64,000 nt of DNA from Candidatus Oxydemutatoraceae bacterium. GTDB lineage: Bacteria; Pseudomonadota; Gammaproteobacteria; Poriferisulfidales; Oxydemutatoraceae. Positions 44,573 to 55,217 of this stretch are shown one piece after another. The notes beneath the pieces were generated by a model. That model saw only the letters and a list, made by a program, of their open reading frames with translations. It was not told the DNA's origin and did no database searches. Every line of letters starts with the position of its first letter. The stretch's first letter is position 1. Both the position numbers and the translations under genes were made by a program. The stretch lies in contig OZ244717.1 of assembly GCA_965218975.1 (NCBI GenBank), positions 480,001-544,000 of the forward strand, in the 5' to 3' direction.

Positions 44573-45631
44573 ATGCCAAAAACTGCTTTTATTACCGGAG
44601 TTACGGGACAAGACGGCGCTTATCTTGCCGAATTGTTGATTGACAAGGGATATGAGGTACACGGCCTGATCCGACGTGCTTCATCGTTTAACACTGGACG
44701 GATTGAGCATTTGTACCAAGACCCGCACTATAAAGATCGCCGTCTAATTCTCCATTATGGCGATATGGTGGATGCGAGCAGTCTTGCGCGTTTGATGCAT
44801 GAAATACAGCCGGATGAAGTGTATAACCTTGCCGCACAATCGCATGTGCAGGTGAGTTTCGAAACGCCCGAATATACCTCGGACACCAATGCGTTTGGCG
44901 TATTACGCATCTTAGATGCGATCAAGAGTATGCCGACCCCGCAAAATATCCGTTTTTATCAAGCTTCATCGTCGGAGCTATTTGGTAAAGTTCAAACCCA
45001 AATGCAGAACGAAAAAACCTCTTTCTTTCCGTGTTCGCCCTATGCGACGGCAAAGTTATTTGCGCATTGGGCTACGGTTAACTACCGAGAAGCGTTCGGT
45101 CTGCATGCTTCCAACGGAATTTTATTCAACCATGAAAGTCCGATTCGTAGCAAGACATTCGTCAGTCGTAAAATTACTTTAGCAGCGGCAAACATCAAAT
45201 GTGGGCAACAAGATTCGTTATATCTGGGTAATTTAGATGCCCGACGCGACTGGGGGCACGCGCGCGAGTATGTGGTAGGCATGTGGCAAATGCTGCAACG
45301 CGACAAACCGGATGATTATGTGTTGGCAACCGGGGAGACACACAGCGTTCGCGAATTTTGCGAATGCGCTTTTGCCGAAGCCGGCATTGCCATCCAATGG
45401 AGAAACAGCGGGGTTGACGAAAAAGGTGTTGATGCCGAAAGCGGTAAAGTGTTGATTCATGTTGACCCGGTCTATTTCCGTCCGTCTGAAGTGGATTATC
45501 TATGCGGTGATGCGGGAAAAGCCAAACGAGAGCTCGGTTGGAAACATACCATTTGCTTCAAACAGCTCATTAAAGAAATGGTCGCCACCGACTTGGGAAA
45601 GATACGGCAAGGGCATGCAGATTTTGTATGA
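44573..45631 (+). CDS. gmd: GDP-mannose 4,6-dehydratase
   Basis: [29 protein letters not shown]. Confidence 0.97.
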   Translation: MPKTAFITGVTGQDGAYLAELLIDKGYEVHGLIRRASSFNTGRIEHLYQDPHYKDRRLILHYGDMVDASSLARLMHEIQPDEVYNLAAQSHVQVSFETPEYTSDTNAFGVLRILDAIKSMPTPQNIRFYQASSSELFGKVQTQMQNEKTSFFPCSPYATAKLFAHWATVNYREAFGLHASNGILFNHESPIRSKTFVSRKITLAAANIKCGQQDSLYLGNLDARRDWGHAREYVVGMWQMLQRDKPDDYVLATGETHSVREFCECAFAEAGIAIQWRNSGVDEKGVDAESGKVLIHVDPVYFRPSEVDYLCGDAGKAKRELGWKHTICFKQLIKEMVATDLGKIRQGHADFV

Positions 45632-46572
45632 AATTCTCTTTCGGCGGTAAAAGAGTTTGGGTTGCGGGACACCGCGGCATGGTCGGTTCTGCTTTAATGC
45701 GGAGGTTGCAACAAGAAGATTGCGCTATCCTAACTGTGTCACATAGAGAATGTGATCTAACGAATCAGGCGAAAACACAAGCATGGATGCGGCATGTTCG
45801 TCCGGATGCCGTGATCATCGCTGCGGCAAAAGTCGGAGGCATCCTCGCGAACCAGACGAACCCGGTAGATTTTCTCTACCAAAATTTAATGATTGCCGCC
45901 AATATCATTCACTGCGCTTATGAGCTGAAAACGAAAAAACTATTGTTTCTCGGATCATCATGTATCTATCCCAAACTCGCCGATCAGCCGATGAGCGAGG
46001 CTGCACTCTTAACCGGCGCATTGGAATCAACCAACGAAGCATACGCCATTGCAAAAATCGCCGGCGTTAAATTATGCTCGGCGTATTACCAACAATATGG
46101 CGCGGATTTTATTTCGGTTATGCCGCCAAACTTATATGGTATTCACGATAACTTCCACCTTGAACAATCACATGTAATCCCGGCATTGATGCGTAAAATG
46201 CACGATGCAAAAGCTTCCGGTGCGAAAACAGTCAATATTTGGGGTAGTGGCAAACCGCAACGTGAGTTTATGTATGCGAATGATCTTGCCGATGCTTGCG
46301 TTTACGTCATGCAATGCTACTCCGACGCTGAGCATATCAATGTCGGTCATGGCGAAGAAATAACCATTCGTGGGCTTGCCGAAACTATTGCGCGAATTAT
46401 CGGTTACACCGGGAAGTTTGAATTCGACACTTCAAAACCCGACGGTATGCCGCGTAAAGTAATGGATAGTGCAAAGCTCGCTTCTCTGGGATGGCGTCCT
46501 CGAATATCTTTAGAGCGGGGATTGACAGAAGTTTATCGCTGGTATCAAGAAAACCCCGTTTCCGACACATAG
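45628..46572 (+). CDS. fcl: GDP-L-fucose synthase
   Basis: [37 protein letters not shown]. Confidence 0.96.
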   Translation: MKFSFGGKRVWVAGHRGMVGSALMRRLQQEDCAILTVSHRECDLTNQAKTQAWMRHVRPDAVIIAAAKVGGILANQTNPVDFLYQNLMIAANIIHCAYELKTKKLLFLGSSCIYPKLADQPMSEAALLTGALESTNEAYAIAKIAGVKLCSAYYQQYGADFISVMPPNLYGIHDNFHLEQSHVIPALMRKMHDAKASGAKTVNIWGSGKPQREFMYANDLADACVYVMQCYSDAEHINVGHGEEITIRGLAETIARIIGYTGKFEFDTSKPDGMPRKVMDSAKLASLGWRPRISLERGLTEVYRWYQENPVSDT

Positions 46573-46581
46573 TGATATACC

Positions 46582-46655
46582 GGTGCCGGTGAGTGGATTT
46601 GAACCACCGACCTACTGATTACGAATCAGTTGCTCTGCCACTGAGCTACACCGGC
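46582..46655 (-). tRNA. tRNA-Thr (anticodon CGT); encoded 3' end reads A-CCG rather than A-CCA
   Basis: rc GCCGGTGTAGCTCAGTGGCAGAGCAACTGATTCGTAATCAGTAGGTCGGTGGTTCAAATCCACTCACCGGCACC(G). Confidence 0.92.
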
Positions 46656-46683
46656 ATCAAACGACTATTTTAACGCCAACCGT

Positions 46684-47748
46684 CTAATTCTGTTCCGTCA
46701 GACCGAAATGAGCCGGATTTAGCGGCGGGTCTGTCCCGACAATCAGCGCACTGACTAGTGCGGCGGAACCGGGAGCGAGTCCGACACCATTGCGGAAATG
46801 TCCGGTGTTCAAGAACAGACCGGACATTTCCGGATGACAACCGATCAACGGCAATTCACGATTAACCCAAGGGCGTAATCCCGTCCATTGCTTTTGCACG
46901 GCGGCATGCTTTAAACCGGGCATCAATCGCTCAGCAAAAGTAGTGAGTGCTACTTTGGCGCTCAATGTTGCCGTTTGATCAAACCCACAGTCCTCAACCG
47001 TACTTCCCGCTAGCAAACGATTGCCGGAGCGTGGAATCAAGTATCGATCACCCATCGTCACAATATGCTTCCCAATAATCTCAACCCCAGCATATTGAAC
47101 GATTTGTCCGCGTTTCGGGCGGATTGAATATTGCGGTGAAATCGTGCAAACCTTCGAACTCCATGCCCCGGCACAAACGACGACAACATCTGCGGTAAAA
47201 CTTTCCGTCATTGAATACACCCCTGTCACCGATTGATCGTCTGTCATTAAGTCAACCGACTGTTTGACAAAAGACACCTTTTCCGAACGCAGACAATGAA
47301 ACAAAGCGTTTACTAAGTCGGTTACTTCAACTTGTTTTACATCCCGCAATAAAAATCCGCTCGGCGTATTCAGCATGGGTAGATATTGATGCAATGCTTG
47401 TCGGTTTAGCATCTCTCCTCGAATATTTCTTTGTTGCGCCCACTGCATTGCCGAATGCTGCGCGGATTCGTCCACATAGACGATACCGTCATCAGCCAAC
47501 CTGATTGTACAATAAGCGCGTAAATGATTTAGCCAATTTTCCCATTGCGACAATGAATATAACCACAGAGCAATAAATGCGGGCGAAAATTCCCAAGGCT
47601 TTAACGGCGCCAGAATACCACCGGCGGCAAGCGAAGCATTGCCGCCAAAACGCGATGATTCAAAAACCGTAACAGTCGCGCCGTATCGCGCCAATGCGTG
47701 GGCGGTTGTCAAACCAATCACGCCGCTCCCTATCACTATAGCTTTCAT
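46684..47748 (-). CDS. thiO: Glycine oxidase ThiO
   Basis: GSGVIG FAD motif, AS.AAGGILAP, GHFRNG..LAP; near thiS and thiG. Confidence 0.85.
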   Translation of the reverse strand: MKAIVIGSGVIGLTTAHALARYGATVTVFESSRFGGNASLAAGGILAPLKPWEFSPAFIALWLYSLSQWENWLNHLRAYCTIRLADDGIVYVDESAQHSAMQWAQQRNIRGEMLNRQALHQYLPMLNTPSGFLLRDVKQVEVTDLVNALFHCLRSEKVSFVKQSVDLMTDDQSVTGVYSMTESFTADVVVVCAGAWSSKVCTISPQYSIRPKRGQIVQYAGVEIIGKHIVTMGDRYLIPRSGNRLLAGSTVEDCGFDQTATLSAKVALTTFAERLMPGLKHAAVQKQWTGLRPWVNRELPLIGCHPEMSGLFLNTGHFRNGVGLAPGSAALVSALIVGTDPPLNPAHFGLTEQN

Positions 47749-47762
47749 CGTTTATATTTAGC

Positions 47763-48145
47763 TGCATAGACCAGTATATATGCCGGAGGGTATGCTTTTA
47801 ATAAAAAGGCGACCGATACGCAATATCAGCAACACCGGTTGCTACATCAAAAGTTTTTATATGTGCTCATTTAAAACCATCATAAGCACAGCCGCCCAAC
47901 AGAAGTATGATGCGCGGGTATTCTGGGATAAACGCGGGCCGAATGCAACCCTAGATGCATACAAGGTCAGTCGCAGCGTTTTGCGTTCTCAAGCAAGCAT
48001 TATTGGGAAAACAACCGGCCAGGGGGGCTGCACGGTAGAAATAAATTATCCCGCCAACGGCACTGATCAAAGGGTATACTCTACGAAGAAATCCGCTGCT
48101 TACGCAAGACTTACCCAAACATCGGTCCCAATAAGATCGTAGTGT
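47763..48145 (+). pseudogene. Older, degraded IS481 transposase N-terminal remnant without the 98-bp unit
   Basis: CAATATCAGCA..CATCAAAAG, TAAQQKYDARVFWDKRG..ATLDAYKVSRS and EEIRCLRKTYPNIGPNKI, homologous to copies A-C. Confidence 0.65.
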
Positions 48146-48315
48146 TACCGGAGGTGCTCCTATAAACGGTGCCGGCTACGATGCCTAGCGCCGCCCCGGC
48201 GAGTTAGATTTCATATGTGTCCGATAGCGTGCGCATCGCAAACAGCCCTAAAAAAATCCGGGCAGTAATGGCATCGTACAAAACTTTTTCATTCTGATCG
48301 CTCTATAATGGAACG

Positions 48316-48516
48316 ATGTACGTACGAATAAACGGAGAAAAGCGACAAGTCGCCGATTATTTAACCGTAGCCCAACTGCTTCAACAACTAGGCTTTACCG
48401 AACGGAAGCTGGCAGTGGAAATCAATCGACAGATTATTCCCGCATCCGAACACGCCAGAGTGAGGTTGTCAGAACATGATGCCATTGAAATTATCCACGC
48501 CGTAGGAGGTGGGTGA
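48316..48516 (+). CDS. thiS: Thiamine biosynthesis sulfur carrier ThiS
   Basis: INGE, LAVEIN..IIP, C-terminal AVGGG. Confidence 0.95.
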   Translation: MYVRINGEKRQVADYLTVAQLLQQLGFTERKLAVEINRQIIPASEHARVRLSEHDAIEIIHAVGGG

Positions 48517-49107
48517 GAACAAATCTTTGAGAAATGCGCTTGTCGCGTACTAAATTTAGGGGGAACCCAGTGAAAACCGAAATGACCCGGATTGAACAGA
48601 GCAATCCGGTCACGACCGGCAATCAGCGGAGAAGTATCGATAAACGGATCAATCGTTCGCAGAAAATCTGTTTTACCGTATCGTATAGTCTGCGCGAGAT
48701 TAAATATCGTCAATGTGTTGTTTAGACGACAAAACAGAATTTCAACTGTATGATTGTTGTCTGACGATGCGCACAAACAAAGGCTGAGAGGATTATTGCT
48801 TATTTTCCGCACCGCAAGAACATTCTTGCTCAAAATGCTCATCGCTTGTCAAATCAATTGAACTTTTATCGGCATTTGTAGCAAGCGCGAAAGTAAAAAA
48901 GACAAGTCTTTAGTATTTTGATCAACCGGGCACGTTTTAAGCAAAAAAATTCCTTTATCGGGTTGTAATCTCGACGGGATACCCCGACTTTTCAAAAATA
49001 ACAATATACATTTAAAATTAAATGCACTAATGAACCCAATTTTTATGAGCAAATGCATATAAAATATACGTCAATCGGAACTTATTCGAGAAATAAGCAA
49101 ACCTGCA

Positions 49108-49887
49108 ATGAACGACTCCGACCCTCTTATCATTGCCGATAAAACCTATCATTCGCGGTTATTGATCGGCACCGGTAAATACCGCAATTTTGCCCAAATG
49201 CAAAAGGCAGTCGAGAACTGCGGCGCCGAGATTATTACTGTCGCATTGCGCCGAACGAATCTCGGACAAACACCCGACGCGCCGAATCTATTAGATTATC
49301 TGTCTTCCGATCGCTATACGATCCTGCCGAATACTGCCGGCTGTTACTCCGCCGCAGCCGCAGTACGCACTTGCCTGCTCGCTCGCGAGCTATTGGACGG
49401 ACATTCGTTAGTCAAGCTCGAAGTGCTCGGCGATAAAAAAACATTATTTCCAAACACCGCTCAAACTTTACAGGCAGCCAAGCAGCTGGTGGCAAAACAA
49501 TTTGATGTGATGGTCTATACGAATGACGATCCTATTGCCGCACGCCAATTGGAGGAAATCGGCTGCGCCTGCATCATGCCGCTTGGCGCTCCCATCGGTT
49601 CCGGCTTGGGCATTCAAAATCATTATAACATCATGACCATTGTTGAAAATGCTAAAGTGCCGGTAATTGTCGACGCAGGCGTCGGTACCGCATCGGATGC
49701 GGCGATTGCAATGGAACTTGGATGTGACGGCGTATTAATGAACACGGCCGTGGCGCAAGCTAGGGACCCTTTGCGGATGGCAAACGCAATGAAAAAAGCA
49801 GTTGAAGCCGGACGTGCCGCCTATCTCGCCGGCAGGATACCGAAACGACAGATCGCTCAACCTTCATCACCGCCGACGGATGTTTGA
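49108..49887 (+). CDS. thiG: Thiazole synthase
   Basis: [36 protein letters not shown]. Confidence 0.97.
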   Translation: MNDSDPLIIADKTYHSRLLIGTGKYRNFAQMQKAVENCGAEIITVALRRTNLGQTPDAPNLLDYLSSDRYTILPNTAGCYSAAAAVRTCLLARELLDGHSLVKLEVLGDKKTLFPNTAQTLQAAKQLVAKQFDVMVYTNDDPIAARQLEEIGCACIMPLGAPIGSGLGIQNHYNIMTIVENAKVPVIVDAGVGTASDAAIAMELGCDGVLMNTAVAQARDPLRMANAMKKAVEAGRAAYLAGRIPKRQIAQPSSPPTDV

Positions 49888-50565
49888 ATGATAAGTATGA
49901 CAAGCATCATTCCGCATATTCGTAGTTATGTTTGTCGCGGAAATCGCTTTACTCCCGCGCAGCGCAGTGCTTGGGAAAAGCATTGGGCACATCACCGCCT
50001 TGACGCTTCCCAACTAGTAGAAGCGCCAAAAATTTTTGCTCGAAACACAATGTTCACTCTGGAGGTCGGTTTTGGCAACGGCAATAATCTGCTCAAGCTC
50101 GCTCAAACTAATCCCGATGCCGGTTTTGTCGGTATTGAAGTCTATCGCCCCGGCATCGGCAGATTGCTAAACGATATAGCGGAGCATAAGGTATGTAATA
50201 TACGCATTGTTTATGCCGATGTTGTCGAAGCATTGGCATCCCCGCCTCCAAGCGCAATATTTAGTCGAGTATTAATCCTATTCCCGGACCCCTGGCCAAA
50301 AAAACGCCACCATAAACGTCGCTTAATTACGCCTGAATTCTGTAATCGGTTAGTCCCTTGGATGAAACCAAATGCCACATTATTCCTTGCGACCGATTGG
50401 CAAAATTATGCCGAACAAATGCGTGGGGCGATTGCTGCCACCCCGAACTTGGAAAATTTAACGCCTGACAATGGATTTTGTGAACGTCCCGGTTGGTGCC
50501 TTGCCACCGCTTTTGAACAACAGGCGCGATATCCGGTTAAGAATCTACTGTGCCGGCGGATTTAG
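49888..50565 (+). CDS. trmB: tRNA (guanine-N7)-methyltransferase
   Basis: LEVGFGNG, FPDPWPKKRHHKRR, ATDW..YA. Confidence 0.95.
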   Translation: MISMTSIIPHIRSYVCRGNRFTPAQRSAWEKHWAHHRLDASQLVEAPKIFARNTMFTLEVGFGNGNNLLKLAQTNPDAGFVGIEVYRPGIGRLLNDIAEHKVCNIRIVYADVVEALASPPPSAIFSRVLILFPDPWPKKRHHKRRLITPEFCNRLVPWMKPNATLFLATDWQNYAEQMRGAIAATPNLENLTPDNGFCERPGWCLATAFEQQARYPVKNLLCRRI

Positions 50566-52441
50566 TCGCCGACTTCCAATTGCCGTACAAAGCAGACAGA
50601 AGACGGCTAGGTTGTCTCGGGTTGGATTGCAATACGCAGCCTGACAGATCATTCATCTTGCATTCGGCCGAAGAACACTCAAAGTCTTTTTGCCGTTGAA
50701 GATGCTTCCACGCGTACTCCAGCGCCTCATCGCGCGTAGTAAGAAAATGATCTTCCCAATCAGGATTTGCAAACCCGCAGCGACGGAATACATCCATCAC
50801 CTCAGCCTGTACCCGCACAAATAAAAACTCAATATTTTGCGACACTAAAGTTTGCGATAGAGAACGCAACATCTCCTCACCGGTTGCATCAATTTCATTA
50901 ATTGCTACCGCGTCGATAATAATAAAACGCAACTGTGGCATTGATGCGACTCGGTCCATCACACGCGTCTCAAAGTAACTTGTATTTGCAAAAAATAAAG
51001 GGCCTTCAAAACGAATAATTGAAATTTTTGGACACTGCTGAAGGATGTATCGCGCCGCATCGCGCAAAGCACCATCTTTATGCCTCGCCAAAATCGAAAT
51101 GTGCGGATGCATGGTGCGGTAGACATACAACCCTAGCGACAGTAACACACCGGCAAGGATTCCTTTTTCCAGATGCGGCGCATACAACAGAGTCAATAAG
51201 AAAGTAGCAAAAGAAACAATGGCGTCATGTTTTTGCGTTCGCCAAATATTCTTTAGCGGTTTGACACGAATCAACCCTCCGACCGCCAGAATAATGACCG
51301 CGGCCAAAGTAGGTTGCGGTAAGTGATATAGTAGCGGAGTCAAAAAGAGCAGAGTGACTGCCATAATCATCGTAGTGACGACAGATGAAAACCCCGTCAC
51401 CGCGCCGCTATCAAAATTTACGGCTGAACGTGAAAATGATCCTGAGACCACATATCCCTGAAAAAAGCTTGCAGTCATGTTAGACAATCCTTGTCCGATC
51501 AATTCTTGATCGGCATCAAGCCGTTGTCGGGTACTCGCCGCCATTGCTTTAGCAACTGAAATTGCTTCGGTAAAGCCGATCAATGCAATCGTGAACGCCA
51601 CGCTGGACAATTGCATTAATACGGCAAAACTAAACTGCGGGACCTCGAACGGCGGCAAGCCTTGAGGGATTGCCCCCACCACTTTGCCGCCATTGCCTTC
51701 AAAATCAAACCACCATGACAGCAAAATGGTGACGACTACAGCAAATAACACTCCGGGAAATTTCGGTGCAAAAAGGCGTAAAGCAATCATACTTCCCAAC
51801 GCAAGCGTAGCGATTCCAAAAGTAGGTAAATGAGGCGACTCAATCATTGCTTGAAAGGCCATCCAAACAGTTTCATAGTGGTGGTCGGCATTCTCGACTT
51901 GAACACCAAAAATCTTGTCTAGCTGCGATGTCGCGATAATAATTGCGGCGGCATTCGTAAAACCTATTACGACCGGATAGGACAGAAACGCAACCATAAT
52001 GCCAAGCCGAGCCAAGCCGAGAATTAACTGTATCAATCCGACAATTAATGCCAATGTGACGGCATAAATAAAATACTCGTCGGAACCGCTTGCCGCAATA
52101 GGACCTAGCGCCGAGGCGGTTAACAACGAAACCACTGCCACCGGTCCGGTCGCCAACTGCCGCGACGAGCCAAAAATCGCCGCGATGGCAACCGGTAAAA
52201 AAGACGCATACAAACCGTAGTGAGGCGGTAATCCCGCTAATTGCGCATAAGCCATCGACTGCGGTACTAAAATCAACGCGACGGTGGTGCCGGCAATAAA
52301 ATCCGCTTTTAAAATCCGCGGGTCGCGCAGTTCGGGAAACCACGTCATAAATGGCGTGAAATTTCCCGTCAAATCTTCTAAAACCCGCTTAAATCCCTTC
52401 AAAAACCGACCTTCTTCGAGGTTATATATGAGAGCACGCAA
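50537..52441 (-). CDS. SulP/SLC26 anion transporter with STAS domain
   Basis: PQSMAYAQLAG, GSS.QL..GP, GSFSRSA, LFFAN, D.TG; start uncertain. Confidence 0.92.
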   Translation of the reverse strand: MRALIYNLEEGRFLKGFKRVLEDLTGNFTPFMTWFPELRDPRILKADFIAGTTVALILVPQSMAYAQLAGLPPHYGLYASFLPVAIAAIFGSSRQLATGPVAVVSLLTASALGPIAASGSDEYFIYAVTLALIVGLIQLILGLARLGIMVAFLSYPVVIGFTNAAAIIIATSQLDKIFGVQVENADHHYETVWMAFQAMIESPHLPTFGIATLALGSMIALRLFAPKFPGVLFAVVVTILLSWWFDFEGNGGKVVGAIPQGLPPFEVPQFSFAVLMQLSSVAFTIALIGFTEAISVAKAMAASTRQRLDADQELIGQGLSNMTASFFQGYVVSGSFSRSAVNFDSGAVTGFSSVVTTMIMAVTLLFLTPLLYHLPQPTLAAVIILAVGGLIRVKPLKNIWRTQKHDAIVSFATFLLTLLYAPHLEKGILAGVLLSLGLYVYRTMHPHISILARHKDGALRDAARYILQQCPKISIIRFEGPLFFANTSYFETRVMDRVASMPQLRFIIIDAVAINEIDATGEEMLRSLSQTLVSQNIEFLFVRVQAEVMDVFRRCGFANPDWEDHFLTTRDEALEYAWKHLQRQKDFECSSAECKMNDLSGCVLQSNPRQPSRLLSALYGNWKSATKSAGTVDS

Positions 52442-52512
52442 ACTCAGATTATTAGTTTATACTAACATAAGCCTAGTGAGTTGTAGCAAAAATTCATTGA
52501 GGAATATACATT

Positions 52513-53547
52513 ATGGAATATCGCCGGTTAGGACGCACTGGCATTGATGTCAGCATTATCTGCCTCGGAACGATGACTTGGGGCGAACAAAATACAATTT
52601 CCCAAGCGCATCGACAGTTGGATTACGCAGTTGCACAAGGTGTCAACTTTATTGATACAGCGGAGATGTACCCCGTTCCGCCCGGCGTAGAAACTCAGGG
52701 GCTCACAGAAGCTTATATCGGCGAATGGTTGGCAAAACGTAACGATCGCAGACGCTTGATTATCGCTACCAAAGTTGCGGGGCCGGGAATGATAAGTTAT
52801 CTGCGCGACGGACCTCAACTAAGCCGCAAACATATTTTTCAGGCAGTGGATGATAGCCTACGTCGCTTACGCACCGATTACATTGATCTCTACCAGGTGC
52901 ATTGGCCGGCACGCAGTACAAACTTTTTCGGCAAGCTTGGCTATGCTTACTCCGACGATAAAGATGCGACCCCAATCGTCGATACTTTATCAGCTTTATC
53001 AGAACTGATTGATATCGGCAAAGTACGTCACATCGGCATTTCAAATGAAACGCCTTGGGGTATATTGGAATACTTGCGCTTAGCGGAACAACAATCGCAG
53101 CCGCGGATTGTCAGTATTCAAAATCCGTACAATCTACTAAACCGTGTATTTGAAATCGGACTTGCCGAAATCGCTCACCGTGAGCAAGTGGGGCTACTTG
53201 CTTATTCACCGTTAGGTTTTGGCGTGTTAAGCGGAAAATATTTAAACCATCGTGCCCCGGCCAATGCGCGCTTGACTTTATATCCTTATTTCAAGCGCTA
53301 TATTAGCGAAGCCGGAACCAAAATGACCGCAAATTATGTGCGGATTGCGAGAGAGGCGGGATTAGCCCCCGCAACTATGGCGCTTGCCTATGTCAATACT
53401 CGAAGTTTTTTAACCTCCAACATCATCGGGGCAACGACAATGGAGCAATTAGAAAAAAATATCGCAAGTGTTGACACCGTGTTAAGTGATGACGTGTTAG
53501 ATGCGATTGAAGCGCAACATCAAGCAACCCCTAATCCCTGCCCGTAA
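52513..53547 (+). CDS. tas: NADP(H)-dependent aldo-keto reductase (Tas)
   Basis: LGTMTWGEQN, FIDTAEMYPVP, SNETPWG, HQ..PNPCP. Confidence 0.9.
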   Translation: MEYRRLGRTGIDVSIICLGTMTWGEQNTISQAHRQLDYAVAQGVNFIDTAEMYPVPPGVETQGLTEAYIGEWLAKRNDRRRLIIATKVAGPGMISYLRDGPQLSRKHIFQAVDDSLRRLRTDYIDLYQVHWPARSTNFFGKLGYAYSDDKDATPIVDTLSALSELIDIGKVRHIGISNETPWGILEYLRLAEQQSQPRIVSIQNPYNLLNRVFEIGLAEIAHREQVGLLAYSPLGFGVLSGKYLNHRAPANARLTLYPYFKRYISEAGTKMTANYVRIAREAGLAPATMALAYVNTRSFLTSNIIGATTMEQLEKNIASVDTVLSDDVLDAIEAQHQATPNPCP

Positions 53548-53581
53548 TTATCGCTGTCATCCGGTATCCGCAGCCGTGACA

Positions 53582-54133
53582 TCAAACGCGGGTCAGGTCC
53601 TCCGCCACCGCCGCAAGATTAGAATAAACCGGAACATCCGTAATCGAATCAGCTGTTTGCTGAGTTTGTACTCCCTGGCCGGTTAATGTTAATATCGGCT
53701 TGGCGCCGACTGACCGTGCCGCTTCAATATCTTTGAGACTATCGCCGACAAAAGGAGTATCCTGCCATTCCAAATGAAACCGGTGGGCAATTTGTTCAAG
53801 TAAACCTGTCTTAGGCTTACGACAAGTACATCGTGCCGACGGTGTATGCGGGCAAAAAAATAATCCCTCAACTTGCGCGTTAAATCCGGCCAACGCATCC
53901 TGCAATTTCAAATGAATTGCGTACAGCATATCCAATGTTAGAAGCCCGCGTCCGATTGCCGATTGATTTGATGCAATTACGATTCGCCAACCCGCATGAT
54001 ACAACTGCGCAATCGCCTCGATACTACCGTCAATCGGTATCCATTCTTCCGGAGTTTTCACATAATCAGGGCGATCATGGTTAATAACTCCGTCTCGATC
54101 AAGAATGATTAATCGCGTCACGCTTTCCATCAC
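53582..54133 (-). CDS. gmhB: D-glycero-D-manno-heptose 1,7-bisphosphate phosphatase
   Basis: LDRDGVIN, SNQS.IGRG, CPH....C.CRKP, VGDS..D. Confidence 0.93.
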   Translation of the reverse strand: MMESVTRLIILDRDGVINHDRPDYVKTPEEWIPIDGSIEAIAQLYHAGWRIVIASNQSAIGRGLLTLDMLYAIHLKLQDALAGFNAQVEGLFFCPHTPSARCTCRKPKTGLLEQIAHRFHLEWQDTPFVGDSLKDIEAARSVGAKPILTLTGQGVQTQQTADSITDVPVYSNLAAVAEDLTRV

Positions 54134-54142
54134 ATCCCTATC

Positions 54143-55207
54143 TTATAACGGCGATTGATTCATTAACCAAGCGGTCATAATAACTTGCGGTAATGTGATT
54201 GCAGGTAATAATAAAGCGATGGCCAAAGAGCGTGTAGTATTTTTCAATACAAGTATTTCAGTATAGTCGGTGGATACTCCGGCCATCAAAAATAAAAAAC
54301 CATTTCCGGGCGCTCGAGCACGGTGGAATAGGTCCGATGCAAGCGGCACCATTCCTTCGGAACAAACCTCCGTAACCGTTGCGACCCCTAAAGTCAATAA
54401 CAAACCCACGATAGTCGCGCCGAAATAAGTTTGCAGATGATCGGTAGCAACGAATGCTTGCACCATGGCGGTAATAATGATACCGAACAAAATCCATCGA
54501 ATGGCAATACGTGAACCTTGAACACCTTCGCGCAATATCGTGCCGAACCACTCCGTCGACGGGCGGAAAGTTTGTAACCGCACACGCGCTTGCGGTATAA
54601 GCCGGAAATCTTCGGGCAATTCCAATCCGTGCGGATTGGCGACAATCCACCCGTGTTCATCAAGTAACATGAAAATAACCCCGGTGATGACGGCAATTAC
54701 CATTGAGATAGCCACAAATAACAAGGTCCACGATAAACCGATTAAAGCGATTAAAATTAATGTTAATGAAAGGGAGTTCCACGGACTGGCAATCAGAAAA
54801 GCCATGACCTGCCCGATACTGACCCCGCGCTCGTACAACTTCGCTCCGACCAGCAAAATCCCGTGGCTACATAAATCCAACAATACTCCGGCAAGTGTCG
54901 CACGTAAAATACCGTGTAACCCGCCCTGCCCCAGCAATGCCACGACCAATTCTCGCGGAATCTTTCCCAGCAAACCCACCGCTAATATCCCAAGCAAAAC
55001 ACCCCACCATATCGTGTTGAGCAATGTAAATATTGCTCCGGTGAAATGATGCAATGCCGGTAAAAACATCACGTTATCGGGAAAAAATATATGCATACCA
55101 TACGCAGCCGACGCGATCGTCAATACGCTCCAGAGCAGATAATCAATCTTCCGTGACGGCAACGTATCGCAACATGCCGTTATTTTTTTGCCGTCGGGAT
55201 TTTCCAT
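54143..55207 (-). CDS. Predicted permease (DUF318/ArsP-like)
   Basis: LLDLCSHG, FLIASPWNS, EVCSEG, many TM segments. Confidence 0.8.
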   Translation of the reverse strand: MENPDGKKITACCDTLPSRKIDYLLWSVLTIASAAYGMHIFFPDNVMFLPALHHFTGAIFTLLNTIWWGVLLGILAVGLLGKIPRELVVALLGQGGLHGILRATLAGVLLDLCSHGILLVGAKLYERGVSIGQVMAFLIASPWNSLSLTLILIALIGLSWTLLFVAISMVIAVITGVIFMLLDEHGWIVANPHGLELPEDFRLIPQARVRLQTFRPSTEWFGTILREGVQGSRIAIRWILFGIIITAMVQAFVATDHLQTYFGATIVGLLLTLGVATVTEVCSEGMVPLASDLFHRARAPGNGFLFLMAGVSTDYTEILVLKNTTRSLAIALLLPAITLPQVIMTAWLMNQSPL

Positions 55208-55217
55208 CGCCGTAAAG

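Noticed and set aside
47749-48315. TPP riboswitch upstream of thiO/thiS
   Set aside because: No recognisable CTGAGA plus TPP aptamer architecture; the region is largely IS481 relic.
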